From: Clostridiales bacterium
GTDB lineage: Bacteria; Bacillota; Clostridia; HGM11327
NCBI GenBank assembly: GCA_015056475.1
Contig: SVGF01000001.1
Location: forward strand, 1-50,264
Direction of reading: 5' to 3'
DNA length: 50,264 nucleotides
Under the pieces are notes generated by a model. That model made no database searches, was not told where the DNA came from, and saw only the letters and a list, made by a program, of their open reading frames with translations. Both the position numbers and the translations under genes were made by a program. Shown here piece after piece: positions 25,240 through 35,773 of this stretch (position 1 is the stretch's first letter; every line of letters begins with the position of its first letter).

Positions 25240-26805
25240 TTAGTCATCAAGTCTGTCGTTTGTGTCGTTCATATCACCGAGATCGTAAACGTTGAAATAG
25301 CCCATATTTCTGAGCTCATAATGAGCCTGTCTGCTGCGCGGTCCGCCTGCACAGTACACAATAAGATGTGAATTCTTATCCTGTGGCAAGAGTTTGGGAG
25401 ATCTTATGAGCTTTGTAAGCTCAATATTTATCGCACCATCCATATGACCTGCTTCGTATTCCTCGGGCGTTCTTACGTCAATAAGCAATGCACCGTTATT
25501 TTTGATATACTGGCGTGCAGTAGCGTGCGATATCCACTGATTATCACTGTAAGGATAGTCAACACCCTCTGCCACAATAGCAAAATCATCCTTTGTAAAG
25601 CCCTCATACGTTTTGAGTGTATATATTTGAGTATCATGTCCGGGAATTGTAATAGTGAGCTTATCTACCTCGCCAACGTCCTCGCGCTTAATGATATCTC
25701 TCAACACAGCTTTACCTGAAACACAAATATCTGCAAGGTCAACTGTAACAGTTACGGGCTCGCTGCTCTTATTGAAAAGCGCGATCGCACCGTCACCACC
25801 CTCAAAGGACTTAGTCTTTTTGAACCAAAGATCAACCGTTTCACCCAAAGTATCAATGCAAGTTGCGCACTTTGCCAACGGATCATCGTTAAGCTCAAGG
25901 AGCTCGGGATTTTTGATGAGCTCGAGAGTTTCGGGATCCATTTGAGTGATATCGCAACCAAGCACAAGCGGAACTGAGAACATACACCACATTGCAAAAT
26001 GCGATTTATCCTGCGTTTTGGTGAGTTGCTTGCCTATTATTAGCATGTCGGGATCGCAATAATGTCCCGGAATCGAAAATTTACCAACGCGCTTCATAAC
26101 TTCAAAAGCATTAATTACTGATTCAAACCTTTTGCCGCTCATGTCAAGGTCCGCACCGCATCTCCAAGAGTCAGCAACTCTCTGCATCCATGGACCGTTG
26201 TATCCCCAACAGCATATGTTGTAGTTTTTATCCTTGCCCATTTTGTCTTCGATCTCAAGGATCACGTCGTTATATGCTGAATAGCGTTCTTCCGTGTTAA
26301 GATTATGATCTCTGCCGCCGCACCAGTCAACCTTAATAAAGTCGTAGCCCCAGCACTCAACGGGGTCTGCGCCTGTTTCTCTTGAATACTTGTCAGCGTA
26401 AGTGCCGTCCGCAAGGTAAGTCCAAAGATCCTCCTCGTGATGCCAAAGACCTGCATCCCTGCCGTAGTAACGTCTGCCGCTGCTTGAACCGCAAAGATTG
26501 TCGCCGCCATCGGTATAGATACCCGCTTTAATGCCGAGCTTGTGGGCTTCATCGGCAATATACTTCATGCCGTGCGGGAATTTTTCAGCGTTGTACTGAA
26601 TTCTGCCCGTAACCTCATCTCTGCCGTTTTGCCAGCAATCGTCAATATTAACGTAGTCATAGCCGCAATCCGCAAGGCCCGAATCAACTAAAGCGTGCAT
26701 CTGCTTGAGAATATTCTCCTCATTGATGCCAAATCCGTAGCAATTCCATGATGACCAGCCTCTTAAGGGTCTGTTGATGTTTGAAAAATCGATTTCCTTT
26801 TTCAT
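25240..26805 (-). CDS. GH27 alpha-galactosidase fused to a C-terminal rhodanese domain
   Basis: GH27 motifs YVNIDDCW and DFIKVDWCGG. The C-terminal ~100 aa reads LIDVRTPEEYEAGHMDGAINI...VYCAGGPRS, which includes a rhodanese CX4R active-site loop. Confidence 0.8.
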   Translation of the reverse strand: MKKEIDFSNINRPLRGWSSWNCYGFGINEENILKQMHALVDSGLADCGYDYVNIDDCWQNGRDEVTGRIQYNAEKFPHGMKYIADEAHKLGIKAGIYTDGGDNLCGSSSGRRYYGRDAGLWHHEEDLWTYLADGTYADKYSRETGADPVECWGYDFIKVDWCGGRDHNLNTEERYSAYNDVILEIEDKMGKDKNYNICCWGYNGPWMQRVADSWRCGADLDMSGKRFESVINAFEVMKRVGKFSIPGHYCDPDMLIIGKQLTKTQDKSHFAMWCMFSVPLVLGCDITQMDPETLELIKNPELLELNDDPLAKCATCIDTLGETVDLWFKKTKSFEGGDGAIALFNKSSEPVTVTVDLADICVSGKAVLRDIIKREDVGEVDKLTITIPGHDTQIYTLKTYEGFTKDDFAIVAEGVDYPYSDNQWISHATARQYIKNNGALLIDVRTPEEYEAGHMDGAINIELTKLIRSPKLLPQDKNSHLIVYCAGGPRSRQAHYELRNMGYFNVYDLGDMNDTNDRLDD

Positions 26806-26902
26806 GTTTTCTCCTGTCGCGTAAGGATATCCCTACTTTTGTTCAATAACCGCTTAATATTTTTTATTGAGCGTTTGTTAAATATTCAAATTCAACAATG
26901 TA

Positions 26903-26931
26903 ATTATATCACACATACTATAAAATTTCAA
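26903..26931 (-). promoter_or_regulatory. Promoter of the GH27-rhodanese gene
   Basis: On the minus strand: TTGAAA, a 17-bp spacer, then TGaTATAAT. Confidence 0.55.
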
Positions 26932-26932
26932 T

Positions 26933-26971
26933 AAAAAAGACCGTTTATTTTTAGCAAACAAACGATCTTTT
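26933..26971 (-). terminator. Terminator of the pyr operon
   Basis: On the minus strand: AAAGATCGTTT-loop-AAACGGTCTTT followed by TTTTTATT. It lies 33 nt past the pyrI stop. Confidence 0.65.
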
Positions 26972-27003
26972 ATGTCAATTAAATTTTAACGGTATATCGG
27001 ATA

Positions 27004-27420
27004 TTACTCTGCCTTTGCCTCGCAGTACATGCATCTGTAAACACGGTTTTCAGCGTCGGTGAGCTTGAAAACGTGATCCAATTCCTGCTCTGTTTGCGTG
27101 ATGCAACGGGGATTTTTGCAGTAAACAACGTTTGTGAGTGTTTCGGGGAGGGTCAAGGTCTTCTTTTCGATGATATTGCCATCCCTGATAATATTTACTG
27201 TTGCGCTGGGATCAATGTAACCGAGCACCTGCATATCAAAATCAATAGCCGCATCGATCTTGATGATATCCTTCTTGCCCATTTTTTCGCTTATAACGTT
27301 CTGTATAAGGGCTACCGTGCAATCAAGATCCTTTAATCCGAGATGATTATATATCACCAAACCCTTGCCAGCCGCTATATGGTCAATTACAACGCCGTTA
27401 ATGATGGAATCAACGTTCAT
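27004..27420 (-). CDS. pyrI: Aspartate carbamoyltransferase regulatory subunit
   Basis: 138 aa with the C-terminal zinc motif CKNPRCIT...CMYC. It follows pyrB. Confidence 0.85.
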   Translation of the reverse strand: MNVDSIINGVVIDHIAAGKGLVIYNHLGLKDLDCTVALIQNVISEKMGKKDIIKIDAAIDFDMQVLGYIDPSATVNIIRDGNIIEKKTLTLPETLTNVVYCKNPRCITQTEQELDHVFKLTDAENRVYRCMYCEAKAE

Positions 27421-27432
27421 ATTACCCTCCTA

Positions 27433-28350
27433 TTACACTTTTATTCCCAAAAGCTTGAGAATCAACGCCATGCGCATGTACTTTCCGTTGAGCACCTGCT
27501 TAAAATAGCATGCTCTGGGGTCCTTATCGATCGCAACAGAAATTTCGTTAACCCTCGGCAGCGGATGCAGAATTGACAAAGATTCCTTTGCCGTTTTGAG
27601 CTTTTCGGGAGTGAGAATATAGCTGTCCTTCAAGCGGAGATAATCCTCCTCGTTGAAAAAACGCTCTCTTTGAACTCTTGTCATATAAAGAATATCAAGT
27701 TCGGGCATTACCTCCAAAAGGTCGGTCGTCTGCACGTATTCGAGATCCTTCTTTTCAAGAACGTCCTGAATAACGTAATCGGGGACCTTGAGCTCCTCGG
27801 GTGAAATGAGCACAAACTTAATTCCCTCGTAGCGTGACAATGCATTTATGAGCGAATGAACTGTTCTGCCGAATTTAAGGTCGCCGCAGAAGCCCACTGT
27901 CATGTTTGACAAGCTACCCTTTTCTCTGTGGATGGTGAGAAGATCGGCAAGCGTCTGTGTGGGGTGGTTGTGGCCGCCGTCGCCCGCATTTATAACGGGG
28001 ATACTTGCGTTCATTGCCGCAACCAATGGCGCACCCTCCTTGGGATGACGCATAGCTATGATATCCGCATAGCATGAAATTGTCTTTGCAGTATCAGCAA
28101 CGCTTTCACCCTTTGCAGCAGATGAAGAATCCGCACCTGCAACGGACAAAACGTGTCCGCCGAGCTCATACATTGCAGCCTCAAAGCTGAGTCTTGTTCT
28201 TGTAGACGGTTCAAAGAATAACGTTGCAAGCTTTTTGCCGTGGCAAGCCTCGCTGTACTTTTTCGGATCGGCAATTATATCCTCTGCAACAGCAATGAGT
28301 TCTTCAAGCTCCTCTACCGAAAGATCCAGAATATCTAAAACGCTTCTCAT
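27433..28350 (-). CDS. pyrB: Aspartate carbamoyltransferase catalytic subunit
   Basis: EPSTRTR, HPTQ and HPLPR motifs. Confidence 0.95.
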   Translation of the reverse strand: MRSVLDILDLSVEELEELIAVAEDIIADPKKYSEACHGKKLATLFFEPSTRTRLSFEAAMYELGGHVLSVAGADSSSAAKGESVADTAKTISCYADIIAMRHPKEGAPLVAAMNASIPVINAGDGGHNHPTQTLADLLTIHREKGSLSNMTVGFCGDLKFGRTVHSLINALSRYEGIKFVLISPEELKVPDYVIQDVLEKKDLEYVQTTDLLEVMPELDILYMTRVQRERFFNEEDYLRLKDSYILTPEKLKTAKESLSILHPLPRVNEISVAIDKDPRACYFKQVLNGKYMRMALILKLLGIKV

Positions 28351-28374
28351 TTTAACCTCTGTGTGTATTGTTAA

Positions 28375-29031
28375 TTATGCCTTTGCGCCGTTTATCGCAA
28401 GGTAGTTCTTGATTCTTTCTACGTTTTCTCTGTTTGATTCATCTTCCTCAAGGTATTCGATGATATCATAAACGTCAACTACGGAATATACGGGGAAGCC
28501 GAATTCCTCAGCAACCTCTGCCATTGCGGACTTTTCTGTTTTGCCCTTTTCTTTACGGTCAACCATTACAAAAGTTGCGGCAACCTTTGTGCCTTCGAGC
28601 TTGGAAAGGATCTCCATGCTTTCTCTTATAGCTGTACCTGCTGTAATAACGTCCTCAACAATAACGATCTCCTCGCCCTGTTGCGGCTTGTAGCCAACGA
28701 AAACGCCGCCCTCGCCGTGATCCTTTTCTTCCTTTCTGTTGAAGAAGAAGGGCACGTCAAGGCCTTCCTTAGAAAGTGCAACGGAAGCAGAAACTGCTAT
28801 CGGAATGCCCTTGTAAGCAGGTCCGTAAAGCACGCATCTCTTGTTGCCGATCTTTTCAAAATAGCTCTTTGCATAGAATTCGCCGAGCTTTGCGATCTGG
28901 TCGCCTGTTTTAATATCGCCTGCGTTTATGAAATAGGGGATCTTTCTGCCACTCTTTGCAGTAAAGTCACCAAACTTGAGCACGCCTGCGCTCTCCAAAA
29001 ACTTTATAAACTCTCTCTTGTAGCTTTCCAT
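28375..29031 (-). CDS. pyrE: Orotate phosphoribosyltransferase
   Basis: PRPP-binding motif IVIVEDVITAGTA. 218 aa. Confidence 0.9.
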   Translation of the reverse strand: MESYKREFIKFLESAGVLKFGDFTAKSGRKIPYFINAGDIKTGDQIAKLGEFYAKSYFEKIGNKRCVLYGPAYKGIPIAVSASVALSKEGLDVPFFFNRKEEKDHGEGGVFVGYKPQQGEEIVIVEDVITAGTAIRESMEILSKLEGTKVAATFVMVDRKEKGKTEKSAMAEVAEEFGFPVYSVVDVYDIIEYLEEDESNRENVERIKNYLAINGAKA

Positions 29032-29046
29032 ATTATTCTCCTTTTA

Positions 29047-29745
29047 TCAACCAACAAATTCATTAACGCATCTTCTGTATGCTGCAACGGGATCTTGTGC
29101 CGCTGTGATGGGTCTGCCAACAACGATGTAGTCGGAGCCGATTTCTTTTGCCTGAGCGGGTGTCATAACTCTTGCTTGGTCACCTATGTCGCCGTCTGCA
29201 AATCTTACACCGGGAGTAACCGTAACAAAGCCGTTACCGCAAGTAGCGTGAACCTTGCCTGCCTCAAGGGGTGAGCAAACAACGCCGTCAAGGCCTGCCT
29301 TTGCGGCATTTGCAGCGTAGTGCATAACAACCTCGTCAATGGGCTTTTCGATGAGGAGATCCTCTGTCATTCTCTCCTGGTTTGTGGAGGTAAGCTGTGT
29401 TACTGCAATCAAGAGGGGGCGTGTGCCATCGGGCTTTGTGAGACCTTCAATAGCAGCTTCCATCATTGCAACTGTGCCGCCTGCATGAACGTTTGTCATG
29501 TCAACGCCGAGGTTTGAAAGCACTGCCATAGCCTTTTTTACAGTGTTGGGGATATCGTGAAGCTTAAGGTCGAGGAATATCTTGTGGCCTCTGTCCTTAA
29601 TTTCCTTAACTATTGCGGGGCCTTCTGCATAAAAAAGCTCCATACCGATCTTAACAAAGGGCTTTTCATCCTTAAAAAGATCCAAAAAATCCATTACTGC
29701 CTTTTTGCTTGAAAAATCACAAGCTATAATTACGTCCTTACCCAT
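29047..29745 (-). CDS. pyrF: Orotidine 5-prime-phosphate decarboxylase
   Basis: [12 protein letters not shown] motif. 232 aa. Confidence 0.9.
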   Translation of the reverse strand: MGKDVIIACDFSSKKAVMDFLDLFKDEKPFVKIGMELFYAEGPAIVKEIKDRGHKIFLDLKLHDIPNTVKKAMAVLSNLGVDMTNVHAGGTVAMMEAAIEGLTKPDGTRPLLIAVTQLTSTNQERMTEDLLIEKPIDEVVMHYAANAAKAGLDGVVCSPLEAGKVHATCGNGFVTVTPGVRFADGDIGDQARVMTPAQAKEIGSDYIVVGRPITAAQDPVAAYRRCVNEFVG

Positions 29746-30656
29746 CAGTGAGCACCTCCTATTATTTCTTCAAGTGAATTGATCTTGTATTCTGCCATTA
29801 CCTCGGGCAATTTCTCAATTATATCCTTGCATACGAAAGGATCAACGAGATTTGCCGCGCCTATTTCAACTGCGGTTGCACCCGCAAGCATCATTTCTAT
29901 AACGTCCTCGGCTGTTGCAATTCCGCCCATGCCGATTATCGGTATCTTTACCGCTTCATAAACCTTATAAACCATGGACAATGCAACGGGCTTTATTGCA
30001 GGACCGGAGAAGCCGCCGGATTTATTTGCTATCACGGGCTTTTTTGTTTTGAGGTCTATCCTCATTCCCATGAGCGTGTTTATCATGCTGATGCCGTCCG
30101 CACCTGCATCCTCGCAAGCCTTTGCGATGTCAACGATATTTGTTACGTTGGGCGAAAGCTTCATATAAACGGGCTTTGTGGTTACCTTCTTAACTGCCTT
30201 TGTCACCTCGGCAGCAGCTTCGGCGGAAGTACCAAAGCTCATACCGCCACCGTGAACGTTGGGGCAGGAGATATTCACCTCAAACCAGCCTATCTGCTCC
30301 TGACTGTCGAGCATTTGGCAGGTATAAGCGTAGTCCTCTATTGCAAAGCCGCTTACGTTTGCCATTACAGGCTTTGAAAAGCAAGCCTTAAGCTTGGGGA
30401 GCTCCTCGCTGATTACCTTTTCAACACCGGGATTCTGCAAGCCTACCGCATTTATCATACCGGATGAGCATTCTGCAATTCTGGGAGTGGGATTACCAAA
30501 GCGGGGATCCTTTGTCGTGCCCTTGAACGAGAACGTTCCGAGGCAATTTATGTCGTAGAGCTCAGCAAATTCGTAGCCGTAGCCAAACGTACCCGAAGCG
30601 GGGATAATGGGGTTATCAAGTGTGATACCCGAAAGGGTTACCTTTGTATTTACCAT
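29745..30656 (-). CDS. pyrD: Dihydroorotate dehydrogenase B, catalytic subunit
   Basis: Class 1B with the catalytic Cys in NISCPNV. It is paired with pyrK. Confidence 0.9.
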   Translation of the reverse strand: MVNTKVTLSGITLDNPIIPASGTFGYGYEFAELYDINCLGTFSFKGTTKDPRFGNPTPRIAECSSGMINAVGLQNPGVEKVISEELPKLKACFSKPVMANVSGFAIEDYAYTCQMLDSQEQIGWFEVNISCPNVHGGGMSFGTSAEAAAEVTKAVKKVTTKPVYMKLSPNVTNIVDIAKACEDAGADGISMINTLMGMRIDLKTKKPVIANKSGGFSGPAIKPVALSMVYKVYEAVKIPIIGMGGIATAEDVIEMMLAGATAVEIGAANLVDPFVCKDIIEKLPEVMAEYKINSLEEIIGGAH

Positions 30657-31381
30657 ATTATCTCCTCCTTTGTGAGCACGGGGCCGTCCTTACATATTCT
30701 CTTGTTGCCATATTTTGTTTTGCAGCTGCAGCCCATGCACGCACCAAAGCCACAGCCCATTCTTTCTTCAAAGCTGAACTGACCGCTTGTTTTTGTTGCG
30801 TTGTAAACTGCCTTGAGCATTGGCTCGGGACCGCAAGTATAAAAATACGTATAGTCAAGGCTTTCAAGCGCGTTTGTTACAAAGCCCTTGATACCGTACG
30901 AGCCGTCAACGGTCGTAACAAGCACGTCAGCACCCAAAGCCTTGAAATCATCCTCAAGGAATATCTCGTCCTTTGTGTTAAAGCCGAGCACTACCGTTAC
31001 CTTTTTGCCCTCGGCAATGAGCCTTTTTGCCATATTGTAGAGTGGTGGCACGCCAACGCCTCCACCGATGAGCACTACCTTGTCGCCCGAAACGGAAGAA
31101 TCGTAGCCGTTGCCCAAGCCAACAAGGACGTCAAGCTTTTGTCCTACTGACATCTGTGACATCTGCTTTGTGCCTACACCAACGACCTTATACACTATTG
31201 TGATGCTGTCGTCGCTGTAATCGCAGACCGAAATGGGGCGACGGAGAAAAAGTCCGTCGAGCTTTATATTTACAAATTGACCCGAAGCTGTTACCGCTTT
31301 GCCGTTGCCCTTGAGCACCATTTTATAAACGGATGACGTCAATGCGGTATTTTCAGCTATGGTATATATTTCCTGTATCAT
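30650..31381 (-). CDS. pyrK: Dihydroorotate dehydrogenase B, electron-transfer subunit
   Basis: FAD/NAD-binding fold with a C-terminal 2Fe-2S motif, CGFGACMGCSC. Confidence 0.9.
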   Translation of the reverse strand: MIQEIYTIAENTALTSSVYKMVLKGNGKAVTASGQFVNIKLDGLFLRRPISVCDYSDDSITIVYKVVGVGTKQMSQMSVGQKLDVLVGLGNGYDSSVSGDKVVLIGGGVGVPPLYNMAKRLIAEGKKVTVVLGFNTKDEIFLEDDFKALGADVLVTTVDGSYGIKGFVTNALESLDYTYFYTCGPEPMLKAVYNATKTSGQFSFEERMGCGFGACMGCSCKTKYGNKRICKDGPVLTKEEIIW

Positions 31382-31394
31382 ATCTGTCCTTTAC

Positions 31395-34300
31395 TTATAC
31401 GTCAATAGTTGAGATGCACAGCGTTGTTTCCTCAAGAACGTCAAGGAGCACCTTAACCGTATCAAGTGCTGTGAACATTGTTACGTTGTTCTCAACAGCA
31501 GCCTGACGGATCTCGTGACCGTCGGAAACGCCGCCCGAGGAGTTCATATCTCTCGTGTTGATAACGTACGTTACGTAACCGCCGCGGATACCCTCAAGTA
31601 TCTCCTCACTGCCTTCGCTGATCTTCTTAACAGCGTGTGTGCGGATGCCGTTTGCCTTGAGGTAGTCTGCAGTGCCCTCAGTCGCCTGAATGTTGAAGCC
31701 CATGTTATAGAATCTTCTGATGAGGGGGAGAGCTTCAGCCTTGTCCTTGTCGGCAATTGTTGCAAATACTGTACCGTAATTCATAACGCTCATTCCGGAA
31801 GCCTGCAATGCCTTGTAGAGTGCTCTTGTGAGGCTGTTATCGTAGCCGATGGCTTCACCCGTTGACTTCATTTCGGGCGAGAGGTATGCGTCAAGTCCGC
31901 GGAGCTTTGAGAATGAGAACGCGGGCGCCTTAACGTAGTAACGGTTCTTTTCTGCGGGATATACCGCGTTGATACCCTGCTCCTTAAGAGATACGCCGAG
32001 GATTGCAAGTGTTCCTATATCTGCAAGGCTGTATCCCGTTGACTTTGAGAGGAACGGAACTGTTCTTGAAGAACGGGGGTTAACCTCAATAACGAATACG
32101 TTTTCGTTTTCGTCAACTATGAACTGGATATTGTAAAGACCAATTATGCCTATACCTAAGCCGAGCTTTACAGTATAGTCAAGAATCGTATCCTTAACCT
32201 TTTGTGAGATGCTGAATGAGGGGTAAACGCTTATAGAGTCACCGGAGTGGATACCCGTTCTTTCAACGAGCTCCATGATACCGGGAACGAATACGTCCTT
32301 ACCGTCGCAAACTGCGTCGACCTCAACTTCCTTACCCTGAATGTACTTATCAACGAGTACGGGCTTGTCCTCATCAATTTCAACGGCTGTCTTGAGGTAG
32401 TGGCGGAGCTGATTTTCATCCGCAACTATCTGCATTGCTCTGCCGCCGAGAACGAATGAAGGTCTAACAAGCACGGGGTAGCCGATTGAGTTTGCAGCGT
32501 TTACACCGTCTTCTATCTTTGTAACTGCTCTGCCGGTAGGCTGAGGAATATCCAAAGAATGGAGCACCTTTTCAAATGCATCACGGTTTTCAGCCTTTTC
32601 TATAGCGTCACAATCAGTACCGATTATTTTAACGCCTCTTGCCGCAAGGGGTGCTGCAAGGTTAATAGCTGTCTGTCCACCGAGGGAAGCGATAACGCCG
32701 AAGGGCTGCTCAAGGTGGATAATATTCATAACGTCCTCTACGCAAAGCGGATCAAAATAGAGCTTGTCGGACGTTGTGTAGTCTGTAGAAACTGTTTCGG
32801 GGTTATTATTGATGATAATAGCCTCAAAGCCTGCTTCCTTGATAGTCTTTACAGCGTGAACTGTGGAGTAGTCAAACTCTACACCCTGACCGATTCTGAT
32901 AGGACCTGAGCCGAGCACGATAACCTTTTTCTTGTCGGAACGAATTGACTCGTTTTCGTCCTCGTAGGTTGAGTAGAGGTAGGGAATATCACTTTCAATC
33001 TCAGCCGCACAGCTATCGATCATCTTATATACGGGGAAGATGTTGTTTTCAACTCTTAAGTTGTAAACTTCAATCTCCTTTGTCTTCCAGAGTCTTGCAA
33101 TGTAAGCATCGGAGAAGCCCATCTTCTTTGCAGCCTTAAGAATGTTTACGTCAAAGGGAGCTTGTGAAACCTCGTGCTCCATAAGAATGATGTTCTTAAT
33201 CTTTTCAAGGAAGAACATATCTATCTTTGTAGCGTTGCAGATAAGACCGAGGTCTGCGCCGTGCCAAATAAGCTCTGCAATAGCGTAGATTCTGTCGTCA
33301 GTGCCGTCCTTGATGTATTCCATGAGCTGATCGTATGAATAAGTGTCAAACTTCTCCATATGAATGTGGTTAACGCCTATCTCAAGCGATCTGCAAGCCT
33401 TAAGCAAGCTTTCCTCAAACGTTCTGCCGATGGACATTACCTCACCCGTAGCCTTCATCTGTGTGGAGAGCTTATTGTTTGCGGAAGTGAACTTGTCAAA
33501 GGGGAATCTCGGCATCTTTGTTACGATGTAGTCGATAGCGGGCTCGCAAGCTGCAAGTGTGTTTGCTATCTTTATTTCGTCAAGGTTCATGCCCACAGCG
33601 ATCTTGGCAGTAACTCTTGCAATGGGGTAGCCGGTAGCCTTTGAAGCAAGTGCTGAAGAACGTGATACTCGGGGGTTTACCTCAATGAGGTAATACTTGA
33701 ATGAGTGCGGGTCAAGCGCAAACTGTACGTTACAGCCACCTGCAACCTTCAATGCCTTGATGATCTTGATTGCGCTGTCGCGGAGCATCTGATATTCTTT
33801 ATTTGTGAGAGTCTGCGCGGGAGCAACTACTATGGAGTCACCCGTGTGAATACCAACGGGGTCGAGGTTTTCCATACTGCATATAGCAATAGCAGTATCG
33901 TTTGCGTCACGCATAACCTCAAATTCGATCTCCTTATAGCCCTTGATGCTCTTTTCTACAAGAACCTGACCAACAGGTGAAAGCTTGAGCGCATTTTTGA
34001 GGATCTCTCTGCATTCCTGCTCATTGTCAGCAAAGCCGCCGCCCGTGCCGCCCAATGTAAATGCGGGACGAAGAACAACCGGGTAACCTATCTCGTCAGC
34101 AGCCGCAAGACCTTCCTCTATGGAGTAAGCTATCTTTGAGGGGATAACGGGCTCGCCGAGGTCCTCACAGAGCTTTTTGAAAAGCTCTCTGTCCTCAGCC
34201 TTTTCGATACTCTCAACGGAAGTACCCAAAAGCTCAACGTTGCACTCGCGGAGGATGCCCTTTCTGCCGAGCTGCATTGCAAGGTTAAGACCCGTCTGTC

Positions 34301-34574
34301 CGCCGATACCGGGGACGATGGCGTCGGGACGCTCAAAACGAATTACCTTTGCCACGTACTCAAGTGTGAGGGGCTCCATATATACCTTGTCCGCAATGGA
34401 CGTATCTGTCATAATTGTTGCAGGGTTTGAATTGCAAAGAACTACCTCGTAGCCTTCTTCCTTAAGTGCCAAGCAAGCCTGCGTACCTGCATAGTCAAAT
34501 TCAGCGGCCTGACCGATAACAATGGGGCCCGAGCCGATAACCATTACCTTTTTTATATCTTTTCTTTTTGGCAT
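31395..34574 (-). CDS. carB: Carbamoyl-phosphate synthase large subunit
   Basis: 1059 aa with two internally repeated ATP-grasp halves ([15 protein letters not shown] and [15 protein letters not shown]). Confidence 0.95.
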   Translation of the reverse strand: MPKRKDIKKVMVIGSGPIVIGQAAEFDYAGTQACLALKEEGYEVVLCNSNPATIMTDTSIADKVYMEPLTLEYVAKVIRFERPDAIVPGIGGQTGLNLAMQLGRKGILRECNVELLGTSVESIEKAEDRELFKKLCEDLGEPVIPSKIAYSIEEGLAAADEIGYPVVLRPAFTLGGTGGGFADNEQECREILKNALKLSPVGQVLVEKSIKGYKEIEFEVMRDANDTAIAICSMENLDPVGIHTGDSIVVAPAQTLTNKEYQMLRDSAIKIIKALKVAGGCNVQFALDPHSFKYYLIEVNPRVSRSSALASKATGYPIARVTAKIAVGMNLDEIKIANTLAACEPAIDYIVTKMPRFPFDKFTSANNKLSTQMKATGEVMSIGRTFEESLLKACRSLEIGVNHIHMEKFDTYSYDQLMEYIKDGTDDRIYAIAELIWHGADLGLICNATKIDMFFLEKIKNIILMEHEVSQAPFDVNILKAAKKMGFSDAYIARLWKTKEIEVYNLRVENNIFPVYKMIDSCAAEIESDIPYLYSTYEDENESIRSDKKKVIVLGSGPIRIGQGVEFDYSTVHAVKTIKEAGFEAIIINNNPETVSTDYTTSDKLYFDPLCVEDVMNIIHLEQPFGVIASLGGQTAINLAAPLAARGVKIIGTDCDAIEKAENRDAFEKVLHSLDIPQPTGRAVTKIEDGVNAANSIGYPVLVRPSFVLGGRAMQIVADENQLRHYLKTAVEIDEDKPVLVDKYIQGKEVEVDAVCDGKDVFVPGIMELVERTGIHSGDSISVYPSFSISQKVKDTILDYTVKLGLGIGIIGLYNIQFIVDENENVFVIEVNPRSSRTVPFLSKSTGYSLADIGTLAILGVSLKEQGINAVYPAEKNRYYVKAPAFSFSKLRGLDAYLSPEMKSTGEAIGYDNSLTRALYKALQASGMSVMNYGTVFATIADKDKAEALPLIRRFYNMGFNIQATEGTADYLKANGIRTHAVKKISEGSEEILEGIRGGYVTYVINTRDMNSSGGVSDGHEIRQAAVENNVTMFTALDTVKVLLDVLEETTLCISTIDV

Positions 34575-34606
34575 ACGTTTTCTCCTTAGAAATTACAAAA
34601 AGACTT

Positions 34607-35686
34607 TCACTTTTTCATGCTTTCAACAAACTTATCAAACAAATAAACGCTATCCTGTGCGCCGGGAGCACTTTCGGGCTGATACTGAACAGCAAATACG
34701 TTATCAGCCTCGCAAGCAACGCCTTCAACCGTGCCGTCGGACACGTTTGTGTGCGTTACGGTAAGGCAAGTGCCTTCAACGGACTTAGCGCATACTGCGT
34801 ATGAGTGATTCTGTGACGTGCTTTCAACCTTGCCGTTTGCAAGTGCCTTTACGGGGTAGCCGCCTCTGTGGCCAAACTTAAGCTTATACGTTTCTGCACC
34901 GTAAGCAAGAGCAATTATCTGATGTCCCAAGCCGATACCAAATATCGGGAACTTGCCCTTGAGCGCCTTTACAAGCTCTATTACGTTTGCAACGTCCTTG
35001 GGATTGCCGGGACCGTTTGAAATGAGGATTCCGTCGGGATTCATCCTTTCGAGCACGCTTGCTTCAATATTGTAGGGCACAACTGTTACGTTACAGCCTC
35101 TCTGATTGAGGTTTCGAACTGTGCTGAGCTTTATACCGCAGTCAACTGCAACAACGTTATACTTTGCGCTTGTGGTTCTTGAGTACCATCTCTTTTTGCA
35201 GCTCACCTTTTCAACTGCGTTTGTGGGGATATCGTACTCTGAAATCTTTTTGAGAGCTTCTTCCTTTGAGGTTGAAACGTCTGTAAGTATCGCCTTCATC
35301 GTGCCGTTATCTCTTATGCAACGCGTGAGCTTTCTTGTATCAATACCCTCAATGCCGGGAATATGATGATCAAGCATTTCCTCCGCAAGAGTCTTTGTAT
35401 ATCTGAAGTTTGAAGGCTGGTCGTTATATTCTCTTACTATCAATGCGCCGATAGAGGGATTCTTTGTTTCAAAATCCTCATCGGTAATGCCGTAATTACC
35501 AATAAGCGGGTAAGTCATTACCACCATTTGATTTGTGTAGGAAGGATCGGAAATAATTTCCTGATATCCCACCACGCAGGTATTGAACACGAGCTCAGCG
35601 ATGATCTCTTTGTCTGCACCAAAACCGTAGCCAACGTATTCACTGCCGTCTTCGAGCACTAATTTTTTGTCCGGTTCTCTTATCAT
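34607..35686 (-). CDS. carA: Carbamoyl-phosphate synthase small subunit with a substituted glutaminase triad
   Basis: Typical CarA N-terminal domain and GATase scaffold (SNGPGNP, GHQ, SQNH). However, it has GIGLGHQ where GICLGHQ is expected, and VQYQPE where VQYHPE is expected. Confidence 0.9.
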   Translation of the reverse strand: MIREPDKKLVLEDGSEYVGYGFGADKEIIAELVFNTCVVGYQEIISDPSYTNQMVVMTYPLIGNYGITDEDFETKNPSIGALIVREYNDQPSNFRYTKTLAEEMLDHHIPGIEGIDTRKLTRCIRDNGTMKAILTDVSTSKEEALKKISEYDIPTNAVEKVSCKKRWYSRTTSAKYNVVAVDCGIKLSTVRNLNQRGCNVTVVPYNIEASVLERMNPDGILISNGPGNPKDVANVIELVKALKGKFPIFGIGLGHQIIALAYGAETYKLKFGHRGGYPVKALANGKVESTSQNHSYAVCAKSVEGTCLTVTHTNVSDGTVEGVACEADNVFAVQYQPESAPGAQDSVYLFDKFVESMKK

Positions 35687-35773
35687 ATTGCTTTACCTCC
35701 ATAAATTAAACTAATAAGCTTTCCGTAAACCTCTTCTCCTTCAAAGGGTGTTGCCCTGCCAAGAGAAGCAAAT

